DNA of 64,000 bases, from contig CAWJRG010000009.1 in NCBI GenBank assembly GCA_963845185.1, positions 288,001-352,000 of the forward strand. The letters run 5' to 3'. Of this stretch, positions 49,488-59,997 are shown in pieces (position 1 is the stretch's first letter; the number at the start of each line of letters is the position of its first letter). This stretch comes from an uncultured bacterium. Lineage in GTDB: Bacteria; Oederibacteriota; PGYV01; CAWJRG01. The notes below the pieces were generated by a model. It made no database searches. It worked only from the letters and a program-made list of their open reading frames with translations, and was not told the origin of the DNA. The position numbers were made by a program, and so were the translations under genes.

Positions 49488-50460
49488 AAGATGGATAACA
49501 ATTTCCGCTGTTGTTGTGGCGGTAATCCTGTTGATAATTATAATTAAAGCAGTGAACGGCAAGGATAAAACAGTCAAAACCATTAACCCGGTTCGCGGAG
49601 AAATCAAGCTTGTGGTTAGTACCACGGGCAGTGTTACCCCGCAGAACAGGCTGGCGATAGAGCCTCCTGTTCCAGGGCGCCTTGACAAGATACTTGTTGT
49701 TGAGGGGCAAAAGGTAAAAGCAGGGCAAACGCTGGTCCTTATGAGTTCGAGTGACAGGGCGGCTATTATGGACGCGGCAGCAGGTTCAGGTAACAAAGAC
49801 CTAAAAGCCTGGACCGATGTTTACAAACCAATTCCGCTTATAGCGCCGATAAACGGTGAAGTAATAGTATCTCAAATGCAGCCCGGGCAGTCAGTATCCA
49901 CTACTGACGCGGTAGTTGTACTGTCAGACAGGCTCATAGTCCGCGCACAGGTGGACGAAACAGACATAGGGAAGGTGCAACTCGGGCAGACTGCTGAAAT
50001 TACGCTTGACGCTTATCAGAATACTGTAGTTGCCGCGACAGTTGACCACATTTACTATGAATCGCAGGTAGTGAACAATGTTACAATTTATGATGTCGAT
50101 ATCCTTGCCAATAACGTGCCTGATTATTTCCGTTCGGGCATGAGCGCCAATATAAATATTATTCTAGCTGACCATAAAGATGTCCTTACGCTTCCTATTG
50201 ACGCAGTAAAAAGGCAGAAAGACGGCAAGGCTTTTGTTATAGTACAGCTGCCAAATGGCAAGCATGAGAAACGCGATGTGATAACAGGGATTCAAGATGA
50301 TAATAATACCAATACTATTGAAATTGCATCCGGCCTCAGCGAAACAGATAACGTAATAGAGAAAAGCCAGAATTATAGTGCTTCGCAAAATTCGGGTGCA
50401 GTTAATCCGTTCATGCCACAAAGGCCAAGAGGAGCCGGAGGCGGCGGTGGAGGCCGTTAG
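49474..50460 (+). CDS. MacA-like periplasmic adaptor
   Basis: STTGSV.P, V.EGQKVKAGQ, APINGEV, VDETDIGKVQLGQ, RSGMSAN. Confidence 0.88.
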   Translation: MKKNRRWITISAVVVAVILLIIIIKAVNGKDKTVKTINPVRGEIKLVVSTTGSVTPQNRLAIEPPVPGRLDKILVVEGQKVKAGQTLVLMSSSDRAAIMDAAAGSGNKDLKAWTDVYKPIPLIAPINGEVIVSQMQPGQSVSTTDAVVVLSDRLIVRAQVDETDIGKVQLGQTAEITLDAYQNTVVAATVDHIYYESQVVNNVTIYDVDILANNVPDYFRSGMSANINIILADHKDVLTLPIDAVKRQKDGKAFVIVQLPNGKHEKRDVITGIQDDNNTNTIEIASGLSETDNVIEKSQNYSASQNSGAVNPFMPQRPRGAGGGGGGR

Positions 50461-50471
50461 AAGGGTAGCAC

Positions 50472-52427
50472 ATGATTAAAATAAAAAATTTAAGTAAGAC
50501 TTATGCCACAGGATTAATAAAATTTAAGGCACTTGATAATGTATCGCTTACAATAGATGACGGCGAGTTTGTCGCAATAATGGGGCCCTCAGGTTCGGGC
50601 AAATCCACACTTTTACATCTTATGGGTTTCCTTGACTCGCCGGATTCAGGCTCATATATAATTGATGGAATTGAGACCTCGAAGCTCAAGGACGAGGAAT
50701 ACGCGGAAATGAGGAAAAACAAGATTGGTTTTGTTTTTCAGCAGTTTTTTCTGCTGCCGAGGGTAAATACGCTGGGTAATGTATCACTTCCTTTGATATA
50801 TTCGGGAAAGCCACCTGAGCAAACCCCGTCGCAACTCCTTGCGGAAGTTGGGCTTGCATCAAAAGAAAAGAACATGCCGAATGAACTTTCCGGCGGAGAG
50901 CGTCAGAGAGTTGCCGTAGCCAGGTCGCTGGTTAATGCGCCTGATATAATAATGGCTGACGAGCCGACGGGAAACCTTGACTCGAAGAGCCAGACCGAAA
51001 TAATGGAACTTCTCGTTGCTTTAAATAAAAAAGGCAAGACAGTAGTGGTGGTTACGCATGACGATGAAGTTTCTCAATATGCCAGGAGGATAATAAGGAT
51101 AAGGGACGGCAAAATAATATCCGATGAAAAGAAGAAAAACAAAACAGGAGAAAGCAAGGTAAAGCCGGTTCGGACGAAAAAAGAAATTGAGCATAATGTG
51201 GTTACGATGAACAGGATAGAATTTCTCGATTTTGTAAAGCAGGCGCTTGACGCCATGCTGGGCAATAAACTGCGCTCATTGTTATCAATGCTTGGAATCC
51301 TTATCGGTGTTGCCGCGGTCATAGCCATGCTTGCCCTCGGCGCAGGCGCAAAAGCCATGATAGAAAAGGCCCTGTCGTCACTTGGCTCAAACCTACTTAT
51401 GGTAATGCCAGGTGCGACCATGATGGGCGGAGTAAATACGGCAGCCGGTACAGTCACAAGGTTTACTGTCCTGGATGTAGAGGCTATTGCAAAACTTCCT
51501 GAAATTCAAGCTACATCAGGCAATGTCAACGGCAGGGTGCAGACAGTTTACGGGGCCAACAACTGGAACACGAGAGTACAGGGAGCAGGCGCCAATTACT
51601 TTACAATACATAATGCAATGCCGACATTTGGTGTTCCTTTCACAGATAATGACGTCAGGATGAGGGCAAGAGTGGCTGAAATAGGTACAACGGTAGCGAA
51701 CAACCTGTTTGGCGATTCAAACCCCATAGGGCAGACTATAAAGATAAACAAAATAGCTTTTAAAGTTATTGGCGTATTGCCGTCAAAAGGCTCGACAGGA
51801 TTTATGGACCAGGATGATATTATTGTAATACCGTTATTAACAGGCATGTACAGACTTTTAGGACAGGATTATGTCGGTACGATAGACTGCCAGGCAAAGG
51901 ATGCTTCGCTGACAACACCGGCAATTGCCAGTATAACAGCCCTGCTAAGGAAAAGGCACGGTATAACAAATCCAAGAGACACGAGTTTCCAGATAAGAAA
52001 TATGGCTGATATACAGGCGGCAATGTCGGCCTCGACTAATGCCATGACAATGCTTCTTGGGTTTATAGCAGCTATTTCGCTTATAGTCGGAGGCATAGGA
52101 ATAATGAATATAATGCTCGTATCTGTGACCGAGAGAACAAGGGAAATAGGCCTGCGGAAAGCCATAGGCGCGCGCAGGAGCGATATACTAACGCAGTTTA
52201 TAATTGAAGCAGTACTTATGACCGTAATAGGAGGCATAGGAGGCATTATACTAGGAGCAGGAGCGTCTCTGCTCCTTTCGGCAGTTGCACATTGGAATAC
52301 AATAATATCCGTATTTTCTATTTTTATTTCAACTTTCTTTTCGATTTTGATAGGATTGATTTTCGGTATATGGCCAGCGAGAATGGCAGCCAAGCTCAGC
52401 CCTATAGACGCACTAAGATACGAGTAA
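50472..52427 (+). CDS. macB: MacB-like fused ABC ATPase/permease
   Basis: GPSGSGKST, LSGGERQR, ADEPTGNLD, GGIGIMNIMLVSVTERTREIG, PIDALRYE. Confidence 0.9.
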   Translation: MIKIKNLSKTYATGLIKFKALDNVSLTIDDGEFVAIMGPSGSGKSTLLHLMGFLDSPDSGSYIIDGIETSKLKDEEYAEMRKNKIGFVFQQFFLLPRVNTLGNVSLPLIYSGKPPEQTPSQLLAEVGLASKEKNMPNELSGGERQRVAVARSLVNAPDIIMADEPTGNLDSKSQTEIMELLVALNKKGKTVVVVTHDDEVSQYARRIIRIRDGKIISDEKKKNKTGESKVKPVRTKKEIEHNVVTMNRIEFLDFVKQALDAMLGNKLRSLLSMLGILIGVAAVIAMLALGAGAKAMIEKALSSLGSNLLMVMPGATMMGGVNTAAGTVTRFTVLDVEAIAKLPEIQATSGNVNGRVQTVYGANNWNTRVQGAGANYFTIHNAMPTFGVPFTDNDVRMRARVAEIGTTVANNLFGDSNPIGQTIKINKIAFKVIGVLPSKGSTGFMDQDDIIVIPLLTGMYRLLGQDYVGTIDCQAKDASLTTPAIASITALLRKRHGITNPRDTSFQIRNMADIQAAMSASTNAMTMLLGFIAAISLIVGGIGIMNIMLVSVTERTREIGLRKAIGARRSDILTQFIIEAVLMTVIGGIGGIILGAGASLLLSAVAHWNTIISVFSIFISTFFSILIGLIFGIWPARMAAKLSPIDALRYE

Positions 52428-52504
52428 CAATATATGGAAAAATAAAAGGCAGGAAAAATTCTTTTATCTACTATCCAATATCTAAATATCAAATATTGCA
52501 CCTC

Positions 52505-52533
52505 TTGACTGTCTATTTTTTTGGGGATATAAT
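52505..52533 (+). promoter_or_regulatory. Sigma-70 promoter
   Basis: TTGACT-N17-TATAAT. Confidence 0.65.
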
Positions 52534-52599
52534 AAATGCAATCAAGTATTTAACATGTGAAATTTGGGACTTGAAATATCAAAAAATAAGGAGGAAAAA

Positions 52600-53625
52600 A
52601 TGGGCACTAAAAACATCGGGGAATTCCTATTAGGCTACCGTTTTAAACTAGTAGTTTATTTTATTTTGCTTTTATTATGTAGCAGCACAATGATAGTCTG
52701 TCAACAGGGTAACGAGGATGAAAAGACATTAATGAACCAAAGGATTGACAGCGTGGAAAACAAGGTAAATGCCGAAATCAAGCTTTTAAGATTGGAAGTT
52801 GCCAAGCTGGAAAAGGAAAAGCAATATTTGGAAAACGAAAAAGACGAAATAAGAAAAGAAAACGTCGAAGGCATAAGCAAAATACTGGCAAGCGCACAAA
52901 ACAACTCGTTTAAGCAAATACTTGCAATAATAATAGGCATTATTGCGACCGCATTTTTTGCGTATAAAATCAACGATAGCAAGATAAAGGAAGAAAAAAG
53001 GCTTCACCACCTTTCGAAAATCAAGAGATATCTTAGGAGCGCAGAAAACGACGAGGAATTTTTCAGGAACCCGCTTTACGAGGATCTGAGCAGCCATTTT
53101 AAGCCTCTTTATCAGGAAACGGAAAAATATAAGAAAATCTGGGATATAAAGAACAGTTTAATAAACAAATCAATTGAAGAGTTTTTAAGCTCGTTTAAGA
53201 AACGCGTGCCTTTTGAAATACAGATTGTCAAAAGCAATATTTATAATTTGTTTGGGAATCCGAATTTAAAGATTTTTACAATGCTGAAATACGATACGCA
53301 AAACGGCACAATAGGCGCGGCGGGCATGAACTATGTGGGCTTTTCAACCGGAAAACCGGAAAATTTTGTTTCGCTTGCAGATAAATTCACAGAGAAGATG
53401 CAAAAATGGAGGGATGGCAAAGACGCTATGGAAATAAAAAAATGCAATGCCGATTTATCCGAAATAAGCGCTGTTATCAAAAAGATACGCGACGAAGCCG
53501 ACAAATATGAAAACTTGCCAGGCAAATGTAAATTCATCAACAATATGAATAATACGAAGCAAAAATCCGGCTCATATGTTTATGGAATTTCAGACGAACG
53601 AAGAAAATTAGGGAAGAAGACATAA
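52600..53625 (+). CDS. Hypothetical membrane protein (TM-coiled coil-TM-soluble domain)
   Basis: AAGGAGG RBS, two hydrophobic segments flanking a coiled coil. Confidence 0.7.
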   Translation: MGTKNIGEFLLGYRFKLVVYFILLLLCSSTMIVCQQGNEDEKTLMNQRIDSVENKVNAEIKLLRLEVAKLEKEKQYLENEKDEIRKENVEGISKILASAQNNSFKQILAIIIGIIATAFFAYKINDSKIKEEKRLHHLSKIKRYLRSAENDEEFFRNPLYEDLSSHFKPLYQETEKYKKIWDIKNSLINKSIEEFLSSFKKRVPFEIQIVKSNIYNLFGNPNLKIFTMLKYDTQNGTIGAAGMNYVGFSTGKPENFVSLADKFTEKMQKWRDGKDAMEIKKCNADLSEISAVIKKIRDEADKYENLPGKCKFINNMNNTKQKSGSYVYGISDERRKLGKKT

Positions 53626-53658
53626 ACTTGGAGAGTTCGCGAGTTTTTATGTATACAA

Positions 53659-55647
53659 ATGAACCAAAATACTAAAAAATTACTAACTAGCTGCGGAGTT
53701 TTTTTTGTAGTATTTATTATTTTATGGCAGATATGCATACTAAAAGTCGCGCCATGCTTTAACGCAGACGACAGTCCTGAAACTACGGTCGCTTTTTCCA
53801 CGCTCGGCATCCAGCACCCGCCAGGATATCCCTTAAATACTTTAGTAGGCAAAATTTTTACTTTGATCCCGGTGGGTGATGTAATGTTCAGAAGCAATTT
53901 AATGTCAATGTTTTTCCTTTTTGCCGCATGCATATTTTTATTTTTTTTCCTTAAGAAAAATATCAATTTCGGAAGAAACAAGGAATTTGAAGATTACTTT
54001 TTTGCGTTTCTTGCGGTAGTTTTTTTTATATCTGGGCATACCACGTTTTTTCAGGCTACATTCGCAAAAGGCAGTATTTATTCAATGAATGCCTTTTTTG
54101 TAACAGCTATACTTTTTTTTGCCGCGGGTAAGGGAAATAATATAAAGAATTTCTATATTACGCTGTTCTTATACGGATTATCGCTTGGAAACCACTGGCA
54201 GAGCATGACCGTACTCTTTCCTGCGTTTTTAATATACCTGTTTTGGGGCGCAAAAAAACTACCTAATGGAGCACTTTTTACAGGGCTTGTTTTCTTTTTC
54301 TTTGGCGCTAGCATTTATATTTTTGCTGCAATAAGGAGCAATACTGCTCCTGTTTACGCGTGGGGTCATATAAAAAATGTTGATGATTTTATTTGGTTGG
54401 TAAGTAGAAGCCAGTATGCTGGGGCAGAAGGAAGACATTCTTTTAGCGACACAATTAATCTTTTACGATATTATTTTACAGAATTTATAGGTAGGGAATA
54501 TCCGCTTTTCGTGGCTGCTCTTTCAGTGCCAGGGATTTATTTTTTGCTTAAAAATTCAAAACGAGAATGCATGGTTTTTCTAACGGCATATTTATCAATT
54601 ATTGTATCTATTTTTATTTTTGCGACACCTCCGGAATCAATGACATGGCTAATAAAACCCTATCTTGTATCATCCAATATTTTTCTTTCTGTTTTTATGG
54701 CTGCGGGAATATGTTTCTTTATAAGAATGGCGACTAACATTAAAAGAATATTTGCGTACCCGATTATAGTAGTTTTTATTTTAACGATTTTTTGTATAGA
54801 AGCACCAAACAACTCGCACTATATGATAGGTTACGATTATTCCGAGAATATTATTAAATCAATGCATGAAAATTCCATTATTTTTGTGGAACAGGACATG
54901 AATATAGGGAGCGTGCTTTATCAAAGCTTTATAAAAAAAGAAAAAATTATCCCTGTAATACCTTCGGTGCTTGGTTCTAAATGGTACGGCGAACAATTGA
55001 AAAGAAATTTTGGGAGTTTTTTGTCATTCCCGGAACTGGGACGCGATGTAGGCGCTGACATTACCGGCATTATTAATGCGAATCCCAGTAAAGATTCATA
55101 CTATTCAATAGTTTATTCCAAGCAATGGAGAAATTTTCCGGTGAGGCAGAAAGGTATTGTTTATGAAATAAAAAATAATGGCAAAGTTGGATTGGCAGCG
55201 GATGAAGAAATTTTTAAATTATACAGTTTCAGGGGGCTGCTTGATGATAAAATCGAATACGACGAATTCACAAAATCCTACGCAGTTGAGAATTATGGTA
55301 TAAGTTTTTTTAACATGGGGGATTCTTACATGAATGCAGGGCAATACGATGAGGCTCTGCGATATTATAAAAAAGGGATTATTTTTTTAAAAAATGAAGG
55401 TGTTTTTATCAACATGGGCAGTATTTATTATAGAAAAAATAGTTTTTCGGAAGCCGAGGAGTGCTGGCAGGAAGCAATAAAGCTGGATAATAAATCGGTT
55501 TATGCATATGCGAATCTCGCATTACTGCATTTTAACCGGAATGATAAGGAGAAGGCTTACGAATACGTTCAAAAGGCTTTGATTTTGGACGGAAATAATG
55601 CAACTGCAATGCAGGTAAAGGGAATGCTTGAAAATCAGATGAAATAA
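53659..55647 (+). CDS. DUF2723 (TMEM260-like) membrane glycosyltransferase-like protein with C-terminal TPRs
   Basis: DDSPETT...LGIQHPPGYPL, GLSLGNH, multiple TMs, TPR tail. Confidence 0.82.
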   Translation: MNQNTKKLLTSCGVFFVVFIILWQICILKVAPCFNADDSPETTVAFSTLGIQHPPGYPLNTLVGKIFTLIPVGDVMFRSNLMSMFFLFAACIFLFFFLKKNINFGRNKEFEDYFFAFLAVVFFISGHTTFFQATFAKGSIYSMNAFFVTAILFFAAGKGNNIKNFYITLFLYGLSLGNHWQSMTVLFPAFLIYLFWGAKKLPNGALFTGLVFFFFGASIYIFAAIRSNTAPVYAWGHIKNVDDFIWLVSRSQYAGAEGRHSFSDTINLLRYYFTEFIGREYPLFVAALSVPGIYFLLKNSKRECMVFLTAYLSIIVSIFIFATPPESMTWLIKPYLVSSNIFLSVFMAAGICFFIRMATNIKRIFAYPIIVVFILTIFCIEAPNNSHYMIGYDYSENIIKSMHENSIIFVEQDMNIGSVLYQSFIKKEKIIPVIPSVLGSKWYGEQLKRNFGSFLSFPELGRDVGADITGIINANPSKDSYYSIVYSKQWRNFPVRQKGIVYEIKNNGKVGLAADEEIFKLYSFRGLLDDKIEYDEFTKSYAVENYGISFFNMGDSYMNAGQYDEALRYYKKGIIFLKNEGVFINMGSIYYRKNSFSEAEECWQEAIKLDNKSVYAYANLALLHFNRNDKEKAYEYVQKALILDGNNATAMQVKGMLENQMK

Positions 55648-55701
55648 TGGAACAGTTTGCATAAACGAAACACGCGGTAATGGATGCTTTTTGCCGGAGA
55701 C

Positions 55702-56079
55702 TTAATGCCTTTTTTTGAATTCTCTCTTTTTCTTTTCTTTTTCCTTTTTTTTCTGCGCTTCCTTAAGTTCAGATACCTTATCGATACAATCCTGGCATAA
55801 GGTGCCTTTTTTTACATCTTTTCCGCAAAGCCTGCATTTGAGGGCTTCGGGCGGGGCTGTCAATATCAGGCTGCCTTGCCTTACAAACCTGAGAATCTGC
55901 GTGGCTGATACGCCAGTGTGTTCGCTTACCTCGGTTATATTGGCAAGCGGGAAACTCCGTAGGTATTCAACGACTGTTTTTAAATCATCTTTTTCTTTGA
56001 TGGTGCAGTCGGGGCAGATATTGGTATTTTTGTCAGGAGCAAAAACATTGCCACACCTTATGCAATTCACGATTGGCAT
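55702..56079 (-). CDS. Flagellar operon protein YvyF-like (Zn-ribbon/HTH)
   Basis: NCIRCG.VF..ICPDC, VVEYLR..ANITEVSEHTGVS, CRLCG...LCQDC; GGAG RBS before ATG 56079. Confidence 0.75.
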   Translation of the reverse strand: MPIVNCIRCGNVFAPDKNTNICPDCTIKEKDDLKTVVEYLRSFPLANITEVSEHTGVSATQILRFVRQGSLILTAPPEALKCRLCGKDVKKGTLCQDCIDKVSELKEAQKKKEKEKKKREFKKRH

Positions 56080-56294
56080 AAATTCAACTCCAATATAATA
56101 ATTTATTTTATCTTTTATATTATACATTATTTTCATAAATATTAAAGTTTTAAAAGGGATTATTTGAGTTATTTAAAGTTTCGTTTTGATTTAGCCAAAC
56201 TTTGATAAACCAGCATAACTTTTTTTTAAATTAATATTGCCCGTTTTAATATAGGTTGCTATAATCAACTTATAAATTTTGCAGGAGGATTTAG

Positions 56295-57623
56295 ATGAAT
56301 TTTAAAAGATTGGTAGTATTTATACTTTCTATAGCCGTTATTATTTTGGCTTACGCTATTTATTATGAATATTTTTCAAAGCAATTCCCGTTGCCTTTCC
56401 GGTTTAATCTTAACGAAAAAAGCGCGGTGGGCACACCTGTTTCGCCACCTGACTCGAGAAAACTGGATTTAAACCCAGCTGCTGCTTATCTGTCAGACGC
56501 ATATCTTTCTAATAGCGAAGCTGTAATACTTGGCAGGAGTGAAAATGACAAGGTGATATGCCTTTTAACATTGGAAAATCTACCTAAAACCAGCATTTTA
56601 AACCCGGGGCTGATATTCGACAATAAGGCTTTTAATTGCGCTGTATTGTCACCAGACTTCAAAAAAGTGGCTTTTTCAGTAGCCGGGCAAAACAGCTGGG
56701 CAGGAGTATTGGATACGGCTACGAGCAGTCTGACAGGGCTGGTATATGTGGAAAACGGTAATATAGGAAAACTTTTATGGTCGCCTGACAACACCTATCT
56801 GGCAGCGTCGGTTTTTAACAACAACGGAACCCTGGTTATTAAAGTGGCGGATGTTGGAAACGCAAAGATTGTCACGGAGTTTGGCAGCGTGGATAAAAGG
56901 ATAAATGCGTATGAACCTCAATGGTCTCCGAGCGGCGTGAGAATTGCATACAAAATGAAGATAAAAAATACTGGACAAATAAAAGAGGCGGCTTATGATT
57001 TTTTGCCGGAAGGGGAGAAACCCGTAACTCAGACAGCCGGGGCAATTGATATCAAATATTTTCAAAAACAACTTGCCGGTATTGAGTATGAGTTAAATAA
57101 ATACGATGCTGAATTTATGAAAAAGGGAACGGAGAATCAAAAAGAGCTAAATACTATTATAAATAGGCTGTTGAAACTTCTTAAAAACAATATAGGCGAC
57201 GGATGCTGCAACCGCGTTAAAAATATATTAAATAAAAGAGACGATGATTACCCGGAACCGTACCAGGAAGGGATAAAATATTCGAGCGGTTATAAAGAAT
57301 TTACATATGAACGATTTATGGACATGATGAAAACAGGTGAACACCCTGCCGGTGGGGTGGGAGTTGAGACCACAATATCCGATGCCTGCGAAGGCCTTGG
57401 TGCGCTGAATAATAAAAAGGCCATACCCGCACTCAGACAAAGAGTTATTAAGGAACTTGATAAGTTGATATGGAATAATATAAGCGAAGAACAGGTAAAT
57501 TCAGAAGCAGGGGAGCCTGAGATGTTCAGTGTTTTAATAAGTGCGTCACGGGCACTTGTACGTCTAACCGATACCGATAAAAAATTAAGGTACAGACCGC
57601 ATTATTTTCACATGCAGTATTGA
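56295..57623 (+). CDS. Membrane-anchored protein with TolB-like propeller repeats and a HEAT-like C-terminus
   Basis: N-terminal TM; LSPD..KVAF, WSPDNTYLA, WSPSG.RIAY; ACEGLGAL..KKAIPAL. Confidence 0.65.
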   Translation: MNFKRLVVFILSIAVIILAYAIYYEYFSKQFPLPFRFNLNEKSAVGTPVSPPDSRKLDLNPAAAYLSDAYLSNSEAVILGRSENDKVICLLTLENLPKTSILNPGLIFDNKAFNCAVLSPDFKKVAFSVAGQNSWAGVLDTATSSLTGLVYVENGNIGKLLWSPDNTYLAASVFNNNGTLVIKVADVGNAKIVTEFGSVDKRINAYEPQWSPSGVRIAYKMKIKNTGQIKEAAYDFLPEGEKPVTQTAGAIDIKYFQKQLAGIEYELNKYDAEFMKKGTENQKELNTIINRLLKLLKNNIGDGCCNRVKNILNKRDDDYPEPYQEGIKYSSGYKEFTYERFMDMMKTGEHPAGGVGVETTISDACEGLGALNNKKAIPALRQRVIKELDKLIWNNISEEQVNSEAGEPEMFSVLISASRALVRLTDTDKKLRYRPHYFHMQY

Positions 57624-57686
57624 AAAATTTTGGATGCCTGGCTATTATTGGGACAACTGCCAGGAAGCAAAGTGCGAAAGGATAAA

Positions 57687-59747
57687 ATGAAAATAATACT
57701 TGCAATCATATCGCTGGCGATATTCGGCATATTTTTAACCACAATACCTCCGACCGTTTATATCGGCGACAGCGGTGAAATATCCGCAGCTGCATATACG
57801 CTCGGAATAAGCCATCCTCCTGGATATCCGCTTTATATGCTACTGGGAAAAATAGCCTCGTTTGTCCCGGTAGGAGATATGGCATTTAGGATAAACATGC
57901 TTGCTGCATTCCTTGCAATAATGGTATTTCTGGCATTATACAAATCGGTTGTTTATGCAATAAAAATAACTTTCGAAGAAAGAGAAAACTCAAGCATAAG
58001 TCTTACGGCAATAGTAATTGCGTTGGTTTATATGTTTTCTTATATTTTTTGGTTTGAGGCCATAAACGCAAAAGGCGGCATTTATGTATTAACCATCCTC
58101 GCGGAGATTTTATGCATCTATTACTGTGTGAGGTTTACTTTTGAAAGGGGGAAAAAGCATCTTTATATTTCTGCATATATCGCGGGTTTGCTGCCGGCTT
58201 TACACCATACAACAGGTTTAATAACTTTTTTTGTTATTGTGGCATTAATAGTAAATTTTAAGGATATAAAAACACGTTCGAAATTAACAGCAATGGCCAT
58301 GTTTTTATTTTCATTTACAACCCCATATCTCTATCTATTTATAAGGGTAAAAGCAGCACCCGCGATATGTTGGGGAGATATAAATACCGCGGGCCAGGTA
58401 GTAAGTCATATTTTAAGAAGAGTATATTACAATTTCCCTTTTATAGCTTTTACCAGCGAGACGGAATTTTTTAAGCTAAAAAACTATATTTTGCAATACT
58501 GGGTAAGTTACAAATTTGCCTTTGTTTTTGTTTTAGTCGGATTGATCGTATTGTACAATAAAAAAAAGGGATTATTTTTTGCGGCTGGCTTGTTTATAGT
58601 CTTAAACATCCTTGCGCTTTTTTATTTTACTGGAAATTCTTTTTCACCTGCTTCTATTTATATGAATAGCGGGTTTTACCTTATAGTGGATATTATTACG
58701 TTAATAATAGCTGGCATGGGATTATACCGATTGGCAGGGTTTATAAGCGACAAAGCAGGCATAAAAATGATTTATTGTGTCATGGCTGCTCTGATATTGC
58801 CAGTTATTTTAATTTTTACATATTATGGCCCTGATAATCTATCCAGGAGATACCTTGCTTATGATTATGCAGAAAATATGTTAAGGACGCTGAACAGTAA
58901 GGACTTTTTATTTGCCGACGAAGATGAAGCTGTGTTTAATCTTCTTTATCTGCAGTATGTAAAGGGTTTATACAGGGACATAAAGACGTTTGACAGGCTG
59001 GGAAATTTTCTTGATACTTCAATCTATAAAGAAGCAAAGGACGCAAACATAAAAGTTGTTTACAGGCAGGGCAATCCTAACGAAGAAAAATATAATGCAA
59101 TAAAATTAAGGGCCACTGAAATGTTGGAACGTAAAACGGAGATGGAGATATATAATAATAATCCGGCTAGGTTGTTTTACGCCTCCTTTGACGAGTTCCA
59201 AAAAGAAAAAATGGAATCAAGGCCCTATGGAATAATTTTTAAGTTGTATAAAGAAAACGAAAAAATTACAGATACAAGCGCAATGATGAGGCTCTGCACA
59301 ATCAGAGATTATTATTACAACAAAGGTTACGATTTTTTCAGCAGGTCGCTTCTGGCACGATATTTTTTACAATATGCAAGGTATGCAGCTATCAAGAAAG
59401 ATGAAGAACGATTCCAGATATACCTGTCGAAAGTTGAAGAACTGGCGTATGATAGCCCGGTTATTTTGAATTTAATAAGCTCAATTTATTATTATGACTT
59501 GAAAGAATATCAGACCGCAATAGAATACATGGAAAGAATAATGAAAATTGATCCGTACGATTTTAAATCTCTGGAAGTGCTTATCAATATGTGCCTGTCT
59601 TATGCTCCGGAAAAAGCAATAGATTGGCTTAGATATTATTATTACAGGACAAATGACGAGGAAAAAAAGGATAAGATTTTGATTTTAATAAGCAAAGTCA
59701 GGGATGCCATTGCGAATAAAGCAAATACATCCAAAACAAATAAATAG
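57687..59747 (+). CDS. DUF2723 (TMEM260-like) membrane glycosyltransferase-like protein with C-terminal TPR
   Basis: PTVYIGDSGEI..AAYTLGISHPPGYPLY, multiple TMs. Confidence 0.85.
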   Translation: MKIILAIISLAIFGIFLTTIPPTVYIGDSGEISAAAYTLGISHPPGYPLYMLLGKIASFVPVGDMAFRINMLAAFLAIMVFLALYKSVVYAIKITFEERENSSISLTAIVIALVYMFSYIFWFEAINAKGGIYVLTILAEILCIYYCVRFTFERGKKHLYISAYIAGLLPALHHTTGLITFFVIVALIVNFKDIKTRSKLTAMAMFLFSFTTPYLYLFIRVKAAPAICWGDINTAGQVVSHILRRVYYNFPFIAFTSETEFFKLKNYILQYWVSYKFAFVFVLVGLIVLYNKKKGLFFAAGLFIVLNILALFYFTGNSFSPASIYMNSGFYLIVDIITLIIAGMGLYRLAGFISDKAGIKMIYCVMAALILPVILIFTYYGPDNLSRRYLAYDYAENMLRTLNSKDFLFADEDEAVFNLLYLQYVKGLYRDIKTFDRLGNFLDTSIYKEAKDANIKVVYRQGNPNEEKYNAIKLRATEMLERKTEMEIYNNNPARLFYASFDEFQKEKMESRPYGIIFKLYKENEKITDTSAMMRLCTIRDYYYNKGYDFFSRSLLARYFLQYARYAAIKKDEERFQIYLSKVEELAYDSPVILNLISSIYYYDLKEYQTAIEYMERIMKIDPYDFKSLEVLINMCLSYAPEKAIDWLRYYYYRTNDEEKKDKILILISKVRDAIANKANTSKTNK

Positions 59748-59928
59748 CAGAAAGAATTAATGGTAAAAACCCAATGAAAGTTTTGATATAAGTATATATA
59801 TAATACCATTTTGGGGTAGTTTATATATTATATAACTTATAGAATCTACCCGTTAAATATTCTACTAGACTATTTTACTAGTCCGTCTATTATTTCTAGG
59901 CATGACGGCTTGGGCTGGGCGGTTGAAA

Positions 59929-59980
59929 GATAATATAATATTTTGTTGCTGTTTTCGGCTTGACAAAATAAATATATTCA
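59929..59980 (+). repeat. Degenerate third copy of the structured leader (hairpin 2)
   Basis: TAATATTTTGT...TTCGGCTTGACAAAATAAA shared with the 21921 and 23221 copies; just upstream of ATG 59998. Confidence 0.65.
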
Positions 59981-59997
59981 CGGAAAGCGAGACGAAT

